From Vezdaea acicularis (Eukaryota), in NCBI GenBank assembly GCA_026025075.1, contig JAPEUI010000001.1, positions 186,001-250,000 of the forward strand: a stretch of 64,000 bases of DNA, written 5' to 3'. A program made the translations under genes and the position numbers. Shown here piece after piece: positions 24,429-34,610 of the stretch (position 1 is its first letter; the number at the start of each line of letters is the position of its first letter). The notes under the pieces were generated by a model. The model did no database searches, had not been told where the DNA came from, and saw nothing but the letters and a program-made list of their open reading frames with translations.

Positions 24429-24862
24429 CACGTGGGCTAGGCTCGCTTAGATACAATCTCACGTGATATGGACTTTCTGCGTTGCGTTGAACGGCGAACA
24501 AACAGCAGTTGGCCTGCGGGGATCTTGCGCTAGATCGGCGGAACCTGATTCACTTTTGATATAAGAGAGAGAGCGGAAAACTGCGGATTCGTAGTATTCA
24601 ATCGTATAAGGACATCTATTGACTGCCTCAAGATATCTGTTATCCCGTGAATACCTACTGCTTCTCCTGTGCATGCCTACGGCCAATTTACATAGAGCCT
24701 CGTCACTCGATCTTTTCAAATTGTAAGCGACTGAACGGAGGTATTTCCGGCTGTATCGCTTAGGTTAGGCCGATCGGATAAACCGAAAGCTTTCCGGGAG
24801 GATAGACTGCCCGAGTCGGGCTCAAGCTGATTGGTCAGTCTAGCTCCGTTACGCGGCACGTG
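24429..24862. promoter_or_regulatory. Cluster of three CACGTG E-boxes upstream of the Rossmann oxidoreductase
   Basis: CACGTG at 24429, 24460 (within TCACGTGA) and 24857; TATAAA at 24941. Motif presence only. Confidence 0.35.
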
Positions 24863-25101
24863 CGCGTCAATTCTTCCGGTGGTCGAACTCACAATAGATC
24901 TTCATACGATGGTGCGTAGGTCGGTGACGTTGGAAGTGGATATAAAGAGGTGGATGGGGCGGGCTGAACGGGGAAGGAAGCAATCATCGAGATCAACTTC
25001 TTCCGATACGACTAACAGATATTCAATCTGAACCAACTAAGACCCATTTATAAGCCGATATTTCATATCTCCCATCAACCCTCAACCATCAACACAACGT
25101 A

Positions 25102-25921
25102 ATGTCCTCACCAAAGCCGACAGTTTCCTTCTTTGGTGCTACAGGTGGGTCTGCTAATGCATGCCTTGCTCTTTCCCTTACGGCTGGGTACCAGTGCTCA
25201 GCTCGTAAGTATTCCTTGAAATTCCATATTAAAATGCCTGTTAACACCTTTGATAGTCGCTCGGACTCCCGAGAAGCTCACGAAAATGCTCCTAGAAGCA
25301 GGCGTGGAACAAAGAGCCATAGATGAGCATCTGATGATTCAGGCCGGCGATGTGCAAAACCAGGATGCTGTCAAGGCAGCGGTCCAAGTCAATGGGGCAG
25401 TCGCAGACATCATCATCTTTGGAATCGGGATGATCCCCAAATACTCAGGAAATCCTCTACAGCCAATCGGTGGGGAGCAGACGGATATCTGCCAAGTGGC
25501 ATCCCGCGCCGTTATAGACTCAGTGCGCATCCTGGCGCCTGCCAAAAAGCCTACTCTGATAGCGATCTCAACGACTGGAATATCAAAGGTCGAGCGTGAC
25601 GTACCGCTAGCATTCTATCCGCTCTATAAACTTCTCTTGGGTCTCCCGCACAAGGACAAGGAAATCATGGAGAAGGCAATCAACGATGCTGTTTCAGAAG
25701 GCATCCTAGGCGGGAAAGTGATTGTTAGGCCAAGCTTGTTCAAGGATGATACCCCAGCAACTGTGCAGACGCCACCTGCAGTGAAAGTCGGCATCGAGGG
25801 AAAGCAGAAGGCGATCGGATATTTCATCAGCCGGAAAGCTGTGGGCAGATGGCTCTTCCAAGAGATTTTAGAGAAGAACGTCGGAGAATGGAAAGACCAG
25901 ACTGTTAGCATCACCTGGTGA
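25102..25921 (+). CDS. NAD(P)-binding Rossmann-fold protein (flavin reductase/BVR-B/NmrA-like), 2 exons
   Basis: VSFFGATGGS motif. Intron 25205-25256 gives CSALARTPEKL, followed by QAGDV, ISTTG, PHKDK, VIVRPSLF and GYFISR. Confidence 0.88.
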
Positions 25922-26373
25922 TACTAGCAAGGCGCCGCTTTTTAGAGGGAAATTAACGCATCTTATTTTTTTGGGTTACTTGATTTACTTAGACCACATC
26001 AGCAATACCCGGGGCTCTTGAATTTCTATTTCAGTTATATATGTTTCCTGTTTGGTCTTCTGTTATCAGTATCGCTGGGTTGCTACAGATTGGTCTTAGG
26101 GAATTACTAGCATGAAGTACTTCTTAATTTCGCGACATATCGCTTTGCGCAAGTGGTGGTCAAAGCGTTGAGATTTAACGACAGATGCGACTCTAACAAT
26201 CCTAGAAATCACTACGAAGTACCAAAAAATGGCTCAAACGCGTGCCGAACGCAGGTCTGCCATACCATAACATCGCGGTACCCCTCTAGCTCCCAGAAGT
26301 ATGGCTCTTATACCACGTCACTACTTCTCACCTTATATCTACCCTCTCAGGGCGCCACGTCAATCATATTGCA

Positions 26374-27163
26374 ATGCGCAAACTCCTTCAAACCCCGTTA
26401 TATCTTCTCCTACTTTTCGCCATTCTCCCTACTTCATATAGCGCAAACTCGCCCTCCAAGTTCGCAATTTCATCCTGGACCGCCACCTTTCCTTACGTCG
26501 ACAATATAGCCACTGAGACTTCCAACCTCCAATTCACACTCTCCGACACGACCCATGCCCACGAGTCCTTCGTCTACGCCCAGTGCAACCTCACCCTCCC
26601 CGGCACTTCTCTCTACTGGACTCTCTCTAGCATAACCGTTCCCAACAGCGGTGCCACGCCCTCGGTCGTCGTAGGTCCGGCGAGACCGCCGGCGCGCAAC
26701 AATCCCATCCCGGCGAACAGCGCATCAAATGGAATTGTGCAAATTGTGTTTGCACCGCCGAATGGAGATGTAGGCACTGGGGATGGATTGTACGAGTGTC
26801 TCCCGACCACATTCGGGCTCGCCTTTCAGACTGGGGCAGGGGCTGGGGTTGTGAACAGCACGAGTAGCAGTGCGTTTAATATTAGCGTGATGCATACGTG
26901 AGTACCTTCTCTATTCTTCGCAGCGCTTTCATGGGGGTTTGGGCTTTGCTAATTATGGATCGTCGGATAGGATCACGGATCAGACGAATGGGAGTGTTAT
27001 GATCAGATCGGCGAAGGCAAGCTATCGGAGCTTTCCGGGGACTTGGTCATTCCAGCCAGGGCAGTTCGGGAAAGTATATATGACGCAGCTCGCGGGATTG
27101 AAGGCTCAGCCGAATCAGATGGCGCCTGCCGGGTGGACAGGAGATGGGGTGGCGACCACTTAA
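26374..27163 (+). CDS. Secreted protein of unknown function (238 aa, 2 Cys), 2 exons
   Basis: Hydrophobic signal-like N-terminus (LYLLLLFAILPTSYSA). Intron 26898-26970 (gtgagt..gctaat..gatag) joins the two ORF-track pieces in frame. Several N-x-S/T sequons. Confidence 0.8.
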
Positions 27164-27616
27164 GGGGTGTGTGATACTGGATGAATGAGGTTGATTGGTA
27201 GGGTAAGAGAAGGTTAAAGAGTTATAGGCGCAAAGGGCTAGGGTTTGGTATGGTCTTTGGATGGGAATTGATGCTGTTGCGTAGAGCGTGCTCTTCTCTT
27301 TTCCCTCTTAATGTCTTTGTAATCTAGGTCTAGCTAGTTGTACTATACTTTAATCCGACCACAGTTTTGGGTATAGATATTGCACGAGACCAGTTAAAAG
27401 CGCTCCACTTGACCGGCTAAACTAATCATATTTAGATCACTCTGCTTCAGCCAAAAAATTGATATCATATCCGGCGCTCACACCTGCCCTTCCAACAGTA
27501 TGAATCTGGTAAGCCGGCCGATGCGCCTTTAAGAAAATGACTAAGGTTGGATGTAAATATCCGAGGGAGTTGGATAGATAGCCTACCACGCAAGCTCTAT
27601 CACGGATTTCATGCGC

Positions 27617-28765
27617 TTAGGCTACCCCTGTATCCGATACTCCTCCTCCCCTCCCACGCAGCTCTCCGATCTTTGCATCAGGCGATTCCCATACTATGCC
27701 AGTGGCACTCCCGCAGCAAGCTGCGCTGATATAAGTCGCGTTGCATACGCAAGCCGGACCCAAGTACATATCCCTCCTGCCAAGTCCACTATATCTTCTA
27801 TGACTAGCCTCGACCTTGTAAACCTCTTCAGCAAATGCGCATACTGCAAGGGCGTAAAGTACTATCTCGGCTCCGAGCAGAAGCACATTCGCCCTCCGTC
27901 TTCTGGCCAGACTACTGTCATAAGGTACGCAATCACAGCCCCCGCTACAAGCGCCAGGCCCTTCGCAAGTCATACCGCATGTTGCTACCTTCCTCCTCCT
28001 ATACTTATCCTTTCCTCTCCACATCGCCTGAACCTCGCCAACTTCAACGTCTGTCTGACGTGGCAATGGAACTAACGTCCTCGTCTCAACCCTTGTCGCT
28101 ATGCTCATGCCATTGCGGCTAGGTGCTGGCAAGTACCACAATTGTTGTAGCCTGTCCCCTCTTACATCTAGCCTCAAGAACTCGTTCACTCTCAGTAGTC
28201 CATCATCCTCTTCGACCATGCCACGTTGCCCACGGCAGTGGCAATAAGCAATACAATGCCATCTCAGAGCGCGTGCTCGGTCATTCGTCAGCAGCCCACG
28301 GTATATGGGGGACGTTAGATGCCAAGGAAAGATGAGATGTGTTGAGGCTGTTGAATCAGCAGACAACCAGGGGTTGTCCGGGAAAGTATGATCATCCGAG
28401 TCGGAGAAGGCGAGGTCAAGCTCCTCCGCAAATGCTTCTTCGTCGTCCAGAGTTAGGAGGTCGGTATAGATGGGGGAAGAGGAGCCCCAGCCGCCCACTG
28501 GTCGAGAGGTGCTGGCCGCAACGCATATTCCGCCGAGGTTCGGGGGAGCGAGGTTAGAGCGGCTTTCGTACTCTTTGTGAGCGCAGAGAGACTTGAGCCC
28601 GTCCACTTGATAGTGCGCAGCGGACCATGGGGGTGGATACGCGTTTGCCCAATTAGGTATCGGTCCATTGCAAATCACATCCTCACAGAGGACAAGAGAA
28701 ATGAAGCTACAAATAAGAAAGGAGAAGTAATGAATGTGGAGTTGGTACCGAGAATTGGAAGACAT
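27617..28765 (-). CDS. Cysteine-rich secreted protein with polybasic putative processing sites (382 aa, intronless)
   Basis: Signal peptide-like YFSFLICSFISLVLC. 16 Cys in the mature part, in clusters (SLCA, GGIC, CIAYCHC, TCGMTCEGPGACSGGCDC, CVCNATYISAACC). Basic sites RRRK, RRRR and GRR. Confidence 0.8.
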   Translation of the reverse strand: MSSNSRYQLHIHYFSFLICSFISLVLCEDVICNGPIPNWANAYPPPWSAAHYQVDGLKSLCAHKEYESRSNLAPPNLGGICVAASTSRPVGGWGSSSPIYTDLLTLDDEEAFAEELDLAFSDSDDHTFPDNPWLSADSTASTHLIFPWHLTSPIYRGLLTNDRARALRWHCIAYCHCRGQRGMVEEDDGLLRVNEFLRLDVRGDRLQQLWYLPAPSRNGMSIATRVETRTLVPLPRQTDVEVGEVQAMWRGKDKYRRRKVATCGMTCEGPGACSGGCDCVPYDSSLARRRRANVLLLGAEIVLYALAVCAFAEEVYKVEASHRRYSGLGRRDMYLGPACVCNATYISAACCGSATGIVWESPDAKIGELRGRGGGVSDTGVA

Positions 28766-30162
28766 GGAGCCATGTCAATGTTATAGCGCAGGGACGTACG
28801 AATGTGTGAAACGAGAGAAGTGGAACATCAAACATTATACAAGATATGCGATGGACAGGCTCATTAAGAAAGACTAAGTCTACCTAGCACTCGGAGAAAT
28901 AACATGATTAGGTAGGAAATAGGCCGACCCCGTGTTGGGTTAGCCAAACTCACTGCCAAAGTTAATAACTCGGCGGATTTTCCAAACAGCGTCATTTTTG
29001 GCTTTGAAGACCAATAAATTGGGACAACACTGGGTGGCTGAAACAATAGTGGTGCGATTCTGCCACGAAGTTTGCTAATCCGTGTGCGACATTTACACAC
29101 GGGCCCAAGATAGCGCGTACTTGGAGGTAAGACAACGCCGATAACGTCCATGTTGAGGAAGTTAAAGCAGAGGAATACGCTGTAGTTAAGAAAACCTTGA
29201 GGTATCTCCTAATACTGTACTCATATGGTCCCCTAGACATCTAGCCAGGCGGAGTCCTTCAACCTCGACATCGACATCGGTGCGGCCTGTGACCGGTGGA
29301 GGAAGGTCCTGCCTGCTTGTGCTATGTGGTTGTGAAAAAGGGTTCGGCTCAAAGATTAGAAGCAGGTCAATTTTAGGTTCGATAATCAGGACAGCCGACC
29401 GCCTTGGTCTCAACACCGATTGAATCTCACGCAAAACCAGGCTCTTTTAGCTCAGTTAGTACAGTTCGATGCGACGTTAATTCTATGCGCTCCCCATCAC
29501 GCATTGACCAATTTTATGCGTTCCCCGTTTCCGCCAAGCGTCCGTGAACTACTCCAAAATCTGCCTTCGTGGGCAGATACGCTCTCGCCAGAATCCATTC
29601 CGCCGTGAATCGCGTTAGAATTCCGCTCTCCCTAGCAGCCACAAGACAGTGTATTGAACTTCGAGGAGCAAAGGCCTTTACAATGTGCTCAAGAGATCGT
29701 GAGGGACTCCTGGGACGGCAGATATCGTTCTAGAGCTACCCGTAGGCCTTGGGGTAGCACTAAACATGATTCCAAGTCTCTACGTCCAATGAAGATGGCC
29801 CTAGACGGGTAGCTTCGGCATCTCGGCGCCTTATATCAAGCTTTATCTACCGTCGCGATTGCCAAGGGAATCGCTGCGCTCTGTATCCCCGATCAGGCGT
29901 TCGTCATTGGAAGGGCGTGAGCGATGATTGACTCATATTATCAACCGGGGTAGCTTCTCTTTCGCCTTTCTTTCGTTTCTCTGTCCGCATACCGAGCTCA
30001 ATTGTTGACAATTGATCACGATTAAGCTTATGCTGTCCTCTACATACTGATCTTGAGATATAAAGATCACTCATAAAGATGGCGAATACTAATACCACCA
30101 CTCAGGAGCAATTGCTGCCAACCAATCATCCACTGGTATTTAGAGAGAAGACTTTGGACGCT

Positions 30163-31544
30163 ATGGAGAAGGAAAGGACACCTTTCGGACAGCCGATGCG
30201 GGAGAATTTTCTCTTCGATTCAAAATGGGTGAATCTGAATCAAGGTTCGTCCCAATAATGTGGCATCTCTCTGGACCTTAGCCATCCGGACGACCGATTG
30301 ATCAATCAAGATGCGCTACTGACCGATGCGGCCTTGTAGGATCATTCGGCACGTACCCAAAGGCTGTACGGACTGAAATGCGCCGTTTTCAGGACATAAC
30401 TGAAGCTTCTCCTGACGGCTTCCTTCGTTACGACTATCCGAGCCTCCTTGACGAGTCTCGGTTAGCCATTGCTAAGTTAGTCAATATGCATATTGATGAA
30501 ACAGTCCTGATCCCAAACGCAACAACCGCGGCCAATACGGTACTCCGATCTCTCCTTTTTGAGCCTGGCGACTTCATAGTCTGCTGTGACACGATTTACA
30601 CCGGGTGTGCTAAGGCCGTGGAGTATATATGCGAGACGACTCCTGCCAGATATGCTAGAGTTGAGTTCATCTACCCAATCTCTGATGCGGAAGTCGTGGA
30701 AAAGTACCGAAGCGTAATTAGAAAGACGAAGGAAGCCGGGCAGCGCCCGCGGCTCGTCGTTTTCGATACCATAAGTAGCTTACCTGGCGTGCGCATACCT
30801 TTTGAGAAGCTCACCAAGCTCTGCAAAGAAGAGGGTGTACTGAGCTTGCTGGACGCCGCTCACGGCATTGGTCAGATCCCTCTTGACCTCGGTGCTCTGG
30901 ATGCGGATTTTGCCTTCAGCAACCTTCATAAATGGCTCTTCACTCCTCGTGGCAGTGCCGCCTTGTTCGTTCCCTTCCGAAACCAACACCTCATCCGCTC
31001 CTCCATTCCCACCTCACACGGGTTTGTCCCGCTCAAACCTTCCAGGCAGATTCCCTGCCCCTTTCCGCCAACATCTAAATCACCTTTTGTTTATCTCTTC
31101 GAATTTACTGCAACATTTGATGATACCCCTTATTTATGTATCCCTGCTGCATTAAAGTTTCGTCAGGAGGTATGCGGTGGCGAAGCCCGCATCATGGAGT
31201 ACTCCCACAAGCTTGCACAAGAAGGGGGTAAGAAGGTGGCGGAGTTACTAGGGACAGAAGTGTTGGAGAATGAGGAAGGGACGCTTGGGAAATGCGCCCT
31301 TACAAATATAAGACTACCGATCGATGTCGCGGCTTTGGAGGAAGGAATCAGAGCCAAGGCTACAGCGTGGATGGAGCGGACGATCAGAGACGAGTATAAT
31401 ACTTTTGTTGTGATTTTCCAGTATGGCGGAGCGTTCTGGGTCCGGTTCAGCGGCCAAATATATTTAGAAGAGAAAGATTTCTTGTTTGGTGGGAAAGTAT
31501 TGAAGGAAGTTTGTGAGAAGTTCAAGGGGACGACGATCGAATGA
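30163..31544 (+). CDS. PLP-dependent class V aminotransferase/C-S lyase (Egt2 hercynylcysteine sulfoxide lyase / LolT-like), 2 exons
   Basis: PFGQPMRENFLFD..NLNQG|SFGTYP (intron 30245-30339), NATTA, DTISSLPG, DAAHGIG, PLP-lysine motif SNLHKW and WVRFSGQIY. Confidence 0.9.
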
Positions 31545-32009
31545 TTGTAGCTTTAGCTAATTAGTTGTAGCCCGTGCCTAGATATGACAGACTTTCTCTA
31601 ATGAACAGCGACCCGGGTAATCATATTGTCTCTCGATTAAACTTCGCATAACCCTTGTGACTATTATGACAAAACCTGTTTCTTAGAGAAAATAAAGTCA
31701 GGGGAACTATAACTGGCTTCGGACTTTGTGCCCCTGGCGAAGGATTCAACTTTTCTTTGAATTATAAGGAGTCACTACTGCAGTACAAGGAGGAGATCAA
31801 GGATGGTGTAGTACTTCTGGAAATAGCTTTATTTTTCAATTATACTATCACACTGTTGGGGCGGGTGAAGAACTCTAGCTAGACACAACTTCATGAATGG
31901 ATAGGAAGGCACGAAGTGTATGTACACAAATAGTAAGTACAAGTGGGGCTCCGAACTAGTGCAGCAATTTTGAACCCCACATTCAACTTTCAAACCATTA
32001 GATGCACCC

Positions 32010-32984
32010 TTAGTATAGCACTCCACCTCTTGATCTCCTGCGTCTTCTGTGATTGGCACGTGGATTACCTGAAGCATAGATATCGTCGTCAAAGTCATCA
32101 GAACTGGCATAGCTACTTTCATAGCCACCCATACGACGTCCCCTCAAGCTACCCCTCCTAGTTCCAAGCCCACGTGCATTATATCGCATGGGCGATAAAG
32201 AGTCCTCGGATGATGCGAAGGAGTCTCTGTCGTGATAGCCATCGTTCAATGGAGAGCGACCAAAACGGTGTCCATTCATGGCCCGATCAAGGCCGTTGCC
32301 CATGCGACGGCTGAGGCTTGGCCCCATGCCACGTCTCATGCCATGCCTTGGCTCAAATTCAGTACTATCGGATATTGAGCTCTGGTACTGCAATAGAGAA
32401 TCCCGACTTAACTCTGCAGGCACAAATGCTCCATTGTGTCCACGTCTGCCGAGATAAGGACGGCGCCCAGATGCCCTACCGCGGTGCCAACGAGAACGGC
32501 CATACCCGTTATCGCTGTCATTATCGGGATCATATCCAGTACGTTCTCCTAAACGGAGGGGGCGAGGCAGGTAATTGCTGAAACCTCTATGTCTATGGAG
32601 GGGTTCGGAGAGTAGACGTGCCGAATTGTGGTGACCTGTATGGTTATATTGTAAATGAGGATATTCATCAACACCACAGCCGGGGTTGTAATTTGCTGTT
32701 GACGGTGGGCAGAAGTCGTGTCCCGAACGCATGCCAAAGCTACGCCTTCCGGCAGACAGCCAGCTAGGGGACAAGAAATCTCTTATTGAGGTGGAATTTT
32801 GCATCCCTATTGATACCAGACCGGTACGGTCTTCCCAAAAGAAGTGTCGTTTGCTTCTCGTAACGCTCTTACGCTTCGTAGCGTAGTAGACGATGGCTAG
32901 TAGTGCTGGTATTCCAACTACTACAAGAATAGGTATAATAATTGAATTTTCTGTGTTGTCTCGGCGTTGGAGAGATGTCGGCAT
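32010..32984 (-). CDS. Hypothetical single-pass membrane protein with Arg/Gly/Ser-rich disordered tail
   Basis: ~324-codon ORF from ATG 32984. One N-terminal TM (IIIPILVVVGIPALLAIVYYA) followed by KRK. No recognisable domain. Confidence 0.55.
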   Translation of the reverse strand: MPTSLQRRDNTENSIIIPILVVVGIPALLAIVYYATKRKSVTRSKRHFFWEDRTGLVSIGMQNSTSIRDFLSPSWLSAGRRSFGMRSGHDFCPPSTANYNPGCGVDEYPHLQYNHTGHHNSARLLSEPLHRHRGFSNYLPRPLRLGERTGYDPDNDSDNGYGRSRWHRGRASGRRPYLGRRGHNGAFVPAELSRDSLLQYQSSISDSTEFEPRHGMRRGMGPSLSRRMGNGLDRAMNGHRFGRSPLNDGYHDRDSFASSEDSLSPMRYNARGLGTRRGSLRGRRMGGYESSYASSDDFDDDIYASGNPRANHRRRRRSRGGVLY

Positions 32985-34610
32985 GGGAGGCAAGAGCTCC
33001 TTTAAGAAGACGGAAAGCTATGCAAGTATCGTTTGTAGCGTGAGTCGTCATCTAGCACCATGCCGTTCGACAGAGTATGTGATCCGTCAGCGTCGGTTGT
33101 AGATGATCTCAGAAGACATGGCCGAAAGGAAGATCATTTTATTGGGGATGTTGGATAGCAGCAAGGTCCGCATGATATAGCAAACCATCCGTTGTTGAAG
33201 ACAAATAAGATTCTAGACTGCAGTTACTGTATAGAACGTGCCTCCTTATTGTGCCCAGCTTCGAACACCCTTCTTAATCGCTCGTGCTAACATTTGTCTG
33301 AACTTCATTATTAGGGTGAAGAGACCAATCTAGAAATATTAAAAGACAAAGGTTTGAAATGTATTGCATGAAAGTGGATATAGAGAGGCCGCTCCCTCTA
33401 CAAATCCACATCGCAAGATACGAGCAATAGCAAAAGACTCTACACTCCAGAGAGCATCTCCAAAAACATCAAACAGTCCGCCAGCTTAGAGGTATTAGTG
33501 GTCGAGCAAAAGTAAGTTTGCCATCGCAAGCATAGATACAGCCAAGAAAGGGAACGAGAATCGGAACGTACAGTGCCGAGCGTAGCAAACATTGGTGAGT
33601 GGGCCAGTATAATGACACACGACAATCGAAATCTGCGGAGATCGACACGAGTCTCCGGATCGGATTCGCCTAAGCATAGGGCATTGTGGCTTCAAGTTCC
33701 CATCGCCATTCAACCCTCTGTTGTGGCGGTGTCTTGAAATAGTGCGAATAGTTCCTTGTGGCCAACCTAGCAGCAGCCAATCATAATGGCTGGTGTTATT
33801 CTGTCCAGAAGTGGACAAGGTAGCAGTCCGTAAAGCAAGACATAACTCAGCTCGACGAGCGGGCGGCTCTGCTGCGCGGTAGATCCGGCGGTGTGCACTC
33901 TAAAGACCATCCGTTAATGGCTATTGGTGCGCAGTTCACCTGGGAGGTCGCTCGGCCTCCACCAATCGCAATTCTTCCAGCGACCGTGAACACACAAAGT
34001 TGGAGTCAGACGCCATGAACCGTAGTGCCCCATGATAGCTCCGGAGTGGGAACGAATTCGTAATTGCTGGGTTCCGCTATGACGAAGAATGGTTAGGTTT
34101 TCATCAGTGATGTTTCTTGTATCGACAGAGGGGACATGGCGTACGCCTGGTCTGGCTAGTACGCACTTCCTACGCTGTCCTCAGCACCAGCACTAGCCTG
34201 CTGTCCACCACAGACTTTCAGATCCCGGCAACTCCCTGCGACACGCCAGAGCAACCCTTTTCTACTGGCCGAACTTCTTCGTCAAGTACCACATCCAATC
34301 CCTCGAATCATATTTCTTTCAGCGTTACGACCAGCCAGACCTGCACACGACTTCAACACCGCTCTACGCATAGCTCTAATCCATTCGTCCATTTTAATCG
34401 CTACCACCGATTTGCGAAGAAGACTTTGACACGTCCGTGCTTGTCCTGCTTTTCTCCGTCCTTCACACGGCAAGCGAGTACTGTCCTCTCTTTCGCTGTG
34501 GGCCCGTCCACTTAAAATTCGACCCACTTCGACCGCCCGAAATAATTTTTTTCCTCAAAACTACCCCTCAGCCTGCGCTCTTTCTTTCTCTATACATCTT
34601 ACCTGTCACA

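Noticed and set aside
22100..31544. Possible secondary-metabolite cluster (P450, oxidoreductase, LolT-like PLP enzyme)
   Set aside because: The P450 is primary-metabolism ERG5; no PKS, NRPS or terpene synthase, transporter or cluster TF is present.
33060..34600. Short ORFs in the intergenic region before the GYF gene
   Set aside because: No coding signature or consistent splice model.
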